Source of the DNA: Desulfomonilia bacterium
Lineage (GTDB): Bacteria; Desulfobacterota; Desulfomonilia; UBA1062
Assembly (NCBI GenBank): GCA_050014195.1
Contig: JBEKDT010000011.1
Coordinates: 32,001-96,000 of the forward strand
Direction of reading: 5' to 3'
DNA: 64,000 nt
Of this stretch, positions 60,072-64,000 are shown piece by piece. Positions within the stretch are counted from its first letter, which is position 1; the number at the start of each line of letters is the position of its first letter. The position numbers and the translations under genes were made by a program. The notes under the pieces are model-generated. The model worked only from the letters and a program-made list of their open reading frames with translations. It was not told where the DNA came from and did not search any database.

Positions 60072-60148
60072 AGTGCCGTGTAAGTGCCGTAAGCTGCTCG
60101 TAAACATAGGCCAGGCCTATATGATCCGAGTGTGAAATTTCCCCCGCC
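60072..60148 (-). repeat. att-like module, inverted copy of 48916-48992
   Basis: Reverse complement GGCGGGGGAAATTTCACACTCGGATCATATAGGCCTGGCCTATGTTTACGAGCAGCTTACGGCACTTACACGGCACT. Confidence 0.85.
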
Positions 60149-60447
60149 TATGGGGGTCTTAACAAAATGAAGATCTGGGATTAAAACATACAAAGTGAAC
60201 TCCTTATATTAGACCGTGGGTAACTCTATATTGTTAAAATTTGATTCATCTTACCCTTCATTATGGCTATTTTGAGTAAAAGAGATCATACTACTTATTA
60301 TACCCCAGACCTTTAATACCTAAGTCCAGCTTAATTAAGAACCTATATTCACATAATCCACAGTTTATTCTTGATTTTCACGTATTAATTGATAATCCCA
60401 TGATATTATATTATAAAATACACTAACGATGCTGTTGTTATCAAAGG

Positions 60448-62454
60448 ATGGTTTTTATGGGAAACAAGGAAATGGATTTTGAGGACTATTTTTCTAATTC
60501 ACATGTGGAACATCGTGTGGCACATATACATGATGAAAAAGATTATTGGCTATTTATCCCATGTTTTACAATATATAAAAATGATAGAGAACTTTTCGAT
60601 TCTCTCTATGCTCGGGGGGATATATATTGGAATGGCAGTGATTATCTTATAAAACCTGATTGTTTTGCAAAACTCTTACTGGATAGGTCTAAATCATACT
60701 CCTACCAATTATCAACAGCTACATTTTGGACGCCTGTAGATAAAAAAGATACGATTTTAAATTCAGTATGTATGCAAATATTTAATAGGGATAGAGATCT
60801 TTTCGATTCTCTTCATGATACGGGAGATATATTTTGGAATGGGACTTATTATCTTATTAAACCTGAATGTGTATCAAAAATTGTACTAGATAATCCTGAA
60901 TTATTGGAAGGTTATCTATTTAGTTTGGGTTATACTAAGGAAGGTAAAGAATATTATTGGAAACGGATTAATGCAGGCTATTGGACTTGGGCTGCAGGTC
61001 TAATACCTATCTATGCCAAGGAGAAGGACTGGGAAAATGCAATAAAAGTATGCGACATATTTTTAACAAATGAAAAAATTGATAAAATCAAAATCAATCC
61101 TCGCAGATTAAAGCAGATTGAAGAACGTCGAAAGAAATACGCTTCCTATCTTAATAACTCTACCGAGATGCTATCAGCAAAGAATGTATTAGTAAATTGT
61201 TTGATTACATACCGTGAAAAACATAAGCCAAAAACCAAAAGAAAAGTATTACTATATGAAAATAAAGAGAAATTACCAAAGTGGACAAAGAATAAATTAA
61301 GAAGTTACCGATATAATATTCCAGTATGTGTAGATGGAATGTATCCACGTTGGAATTATTTTATCTTAACAAAAGAGCAAGCTCGCTTTTATAAACTGTG
61401 GAGCCAAAACTGGCGTAACAAGAAGCCAATGAAATTGGATGGGAATCATGGTTATCTAGTTAAATTTATGTCTGATATGATGAAACGTAAGTATGATAGA
61501 AAAGCCGTAATAACCACAAGAAATGAAATGAAGTTATTGTGGTATGTGTATAGAAACGAAAATTTTACAACGGAACCAGACATAAATTCTTATATTTTAT
61601 CTTATATCGTGCGTTATGTCTTTGACTCATATTTATTAACGAAAGACTACATAAAAGCTATTAACTGGATGCAACTAGGATTTGAAGATTTTAAAAAATC
61701 TGTATCAAGTGATCGATCCGCTACCTTTAACGTTTATCTATCATTAAAATATGAGCACGGGATACCATTAACTGGCAGGGAATTTATTGCATTATATCAA
61801 GGTGATAAAAATTACATATTCAAAGAAAATATAGAGTTAATGTACAATTATATTGAGGATAAAATAAGAGAATATGAAGAAATAAATAATGTTGATCTGC
61901 TAAGTTTAATAACTCTAACTTATGCTTTCCAGAGTGATGGAAAGTATCCAGTCTTGAAATTAGGAATAAGAGAGTTTCTCCCAATGAATTACTATAACTA
62001 TTTCGAACTATCTGATTTTAGAATTGTTATGAAGGAGTGGGTAGATGATGCTGAAAATAAGGTTAGAGAAGGGAAAGGTCTACCTAAAATTAATGAAGGC
62101 TGGCTCAATGAAACAACTTTATATAATATTATAAAAGAGCACTTTGAAGGTTCGGGCTATACAATATTTCACCGTGCATATCCTTCTTTTCTTGATGGTT
62201 TGGAGTTAGACATTTATATGCCAGCATTAAAAATCGGTATAGAATATCAGGGACGACAGCATTACGAGCCTATTGGCTTTTTTGGAGGTGTTGAGGCTTT
62301 TAAAAAGTTACAGATTCGTGATGAAAAGAAAAGGAATCTTTGCAAAAAAAATGGAATCAAGTTAATTGAATTTAATTATCAAGACAGTCTTAATGAGAAA
62401 TTTGTTATAGAGAAAATTTATTCTTATATAGATCAAAGAGACCTCAAGGAATAG
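60448..62454 (+). CDS. Hypothetical protein: N-terminal duplicated motif, TerB-N-like middle, C-terminal PD-(D/E)xK/DUF559-like nuclease
   Basis: C-terminal WLNETTLY...LELDIYMPALKIGIEYQGRQHY...RDEKKRNLCKKNGIKLI; very AT-rich. Confidence 0.7.
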   Translation: MVFMGNKEMDFEDYFSNSHVEHRVAHIHDEKDYWLFIPCFTIYKNDRELFDSLYARGDIYWNGSDYLIKPDCFAKLLLDRSKSYSYQLSTATFWTPVDKKDTILNSVCMQIFNRDRDLFDSLHDTGDIFWNGTYYLIKPECVSKIVLDNPELLEGYLFSLGYTKEGKEYYWKRINAGYWTWAAGLIPIYAKEKDWENAIKVCDIFLTNEKIDKIKINPRRLKQIEERRKKYASYLNNSTEMLSAKNVLVNCLITYREKHKPKTKRKVLLYENKEKLPKWTKNKLRSYRYNIPVCVDGMYPRWNYFILTKEQARFYKLWSQNWRNKKPMKLDGNHGYLVKFMSDMMKRKYDRKAVITTRNEMKLLWYVYRNENFTTEPDINSYILSYIVRYVFDSYLLTKDYIKAINWMQLGFEDFKKSVSSDRSATFNVYLSLKYEHGIPLTGREFIALYQGDKNYIFKENIELMYNYIEDKIREYEEINNVDLLSLITLTYAFQSDGKYPVLKLGIREFLPMNYYNYFELSDFRIVMKEWVDDAENKVREGKGLPKINEGWLNETTLYNIIKEHFEGSGYTIFHRAYPSFLDGLELDIYMPALKIGIEYQGRQHYEPIGFFGGVEAFKKLQIRDEKKRNLCKKNGIKLIEFNYQDSLNEKFVIEKIYSYIDQRDLKE

Positions 62455-62633
62455 CATAGGTGATATATTCTACTATAACTTTTCAGAGCAGTATAATCTG
62501 GAATATTTAAAGAAATTATGGTAATTAATTTTTAGTGTTGGATATTACATCTATGTCTCTCTCCAAAACAACAAAGTAAAGTACAATATTTCAACAGAAG
62601 ACTCACCTTCTCGGTTTAAAGTGATGAAACACT

Positions 62634-63305
62634 ATGAAGATTGACCTGTTTAAGTTATTCTTGCTTGGCGAATTTTCCGGAGCTAAGGCATATCTCGATG
62701 AAATGCACTCGTCGATACCTCATGCACGAAAACAAGCTTTATTCTTTCTCAAGGACCAGGCGAAGAGGGAGAATTGGAATAATGGCGATTTTGATGTCGA
62801 AGTTCAATCTCTGGAAGCTAAATTCGATTTTAATCTTCCACGTATACTTGCCTATTCATTTATCACGTACCTTCATAGCTTAGTGGAAGTTAATCTATCA
62901 GATGTAGCGAAGGAGATCTGTTCTCGTCGTGGACTTCGGCTTAAGTACAATGAAATTGCTGGAAGACCAATAGATAGAGCTAAGATTTACCTCACCAAAG
63001 TAGCTGAACTCGATTCTGTTTCCAATCTCGAAGGATGGAAGTTACTTATAGATCTCAAAAAAATTAGGAATGTAGTGGTGCATCGTGGTGGCAAACTCGG
63101 TAATGATAAAGAGGATAAAAAGTTGCTTAAAGAAATATCCATTCGCCTTAACAACCTTATCGAAGTATCAGATGGTTGGGAAAACCCAGATTCCTTTTTG
63201 ACATTCGACTATGAGCTTTGTTCATACTTACTTGATAATACACTCAAGTTCTTTGGACAGTTGCTTGAGATCACTAATCCTCCTGAAGCTGTCTCCAAAA
63301 TATAA
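62634..63305 (+). CDS. Putative HEPN-domain protein
   Basis: SFITYLHSLVE helix and LKKIRNVVVHRGG (RxxxxH). Confidence 0.68.
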   Translation: MKIDLFKLFLLGEFSGAKAYLDEMHSSIPHARKQALFFLKDQAKRENWNNGDFDVEVQSLEAKFDFNLPRILAYSFITYLHSLVEVNLSDVAKEICSRRGLRLKYNEIAGRPIDRAKIYLTKVAELDSVSNLEGWKLLIDLKKIRNVVVHRGGKLGNDKEDKKLLKEISIRLNNLIEVSDGWENPDSFLTFDYELCSYLLDNTLKFFGQLLEITNPPEAVSKI

Positions 63306-63358
63306 TATATATCTCCCCAGGGGAATATTGAATTAGAAACATTCTTTGAAAACCATAG

Positions 63359-63600
63359 ATCTCGGCTGTTGAGCTGCCGTTTTTGAGAGCGGAAATTGCG
63401 TAAGCAATTATCCGTGCCAAAAACCAAGCGAAGCGCAGCCGCCCGAAGGGCGGGGTCTGCTCTAACGCCCTTGATAGGCGGAGCGCGAGCGGAGCCTGAA
63501 AGGGCGGAAAGAGCAGATGCTCAACAGCCGAGATAGGACGGATGGCCGACAGGCCAAGCGAGCGCGAGCGAGCGGTCCGTCCTATCTCGGCGATAGATGG
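63359..63600. other. GC-rich nested hairpin cluster with attC-like architecture
   Basis: Perfect 16-bp inverted repeats 63359-63374/63519-63534 and 63527-63542/63576-63591, plus internal stems. Confidence 0.7.
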
Positions 63601-63872
63601 ACACATTAGAACTGACCTAAAAAATTAAATGTTCTCTGATCTACGCTTGAGAAAATCCGTTATCATAGCCAATAAAAAGATACTCTTTCCTGAAGATTAA
63701 TTCTCATCTAATCAAAAAACTTAAAAAATAGCAGATACTAAAAGCCCCCTACGCTCGCTTATAAAGCAGCACGCCAACATGTGGCCATGTTGTCATGCTG
63801 CTTGCAACGCTTCGGGTGTCTCCTATGGTCACAGATTGTGACCACTCCTGCATGGTGAGCCTTTCAGGCTTT

Positions 63873-63937
63873 CCTTTCTCCGGTCGTTCCTCCCTTCCCC
63901 TTCAGTCGTTTGTGAAAGGGGCAAGGGAGGAAAAGTT
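63873..63937 (+). repeat. Structured leader element, copy B
   Basis: CCTTTCTCCGGTCGTTCCTCCCTTCCCCTTCAGTCGTTTGTGAAAGGGGCAAGGGAGGAAAAGTT; followed by AGGAGG and a possible TTG start at 63973. Confidence 0.8.
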
Positions 63938-64000
63938 GGTTTTTCATTTTAAATGCACAGGAGGAAGGACGCTTGGATTCCAATATCAACTTGACGAGGG

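Larger units (their letters stand above)
48223..64000. mobile_element. tRNA-Pro-targeted genomic island (left part; integrase not in window)
   Basis: Starts at a tRNA 3'-end fragment; contains TA, Fic, relaxase, oriT, coupling protein and AT-rich cargo. Confidence 0.85.

Noticed and set aside
63274-63606. 110-aa minus-strand ORF
   Set aside because: It spans the palindromic hairpin cluster, has low-complexity Arg/Ala/Leu content, and overlaps the HEPN gene end

Overview
Bacterial chromosome window, probably a deltaproteobacterium (inferred from gene set and style only). It has three parts. (1) 1-28.6 kb: fliD-flaG-fliC on the minus strand behind a consensus sigma-28 promoter, diverging from a ~25 kb sigma-54-type operon for flagellin glycosylation. 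That operon has pseB/C/I/F/G, tailoring enzymes and four GT2/TPR proteins, but no pseH or maf. (2) 28.7-48.1 kb: mostly core genes (tRNA-Pro, PBP, pheA-hisC-tyrA-aroA-cmk, pcnB, yacG, TetR, CIRCE-controlled groESL, CoA-dehydratase activase). (3) 48.2-64 kb: left part of a genomic island integrated at a tRNA-Pro 3' end, whose intact gene is predicted to lie right of the window. The island has four homologous ~80-bp att modules (core + palindrome + tandem arm repeats), a 0.8-kb mini-element carrying only a RelE/Phd TA pair, a Fic gene followed by phased 11-bp repeats, a MOBQ relaxase-helicase/oriT/coupling-protein module, two copies of a leading-region-type structured leader, attC-like relics, and AT-rich candidate defence pairs (HEPN + AbiGi-like; TerB-N-like/nuclease + HEPN). 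Best candidates for undescribed biology: the att-module array, the two defence-like gene pairs, and the PseH-less nonulosonate tailoring pathway next to an ultra-minimal flagellin. All family assignments are by eye from motifs; no searches were run.
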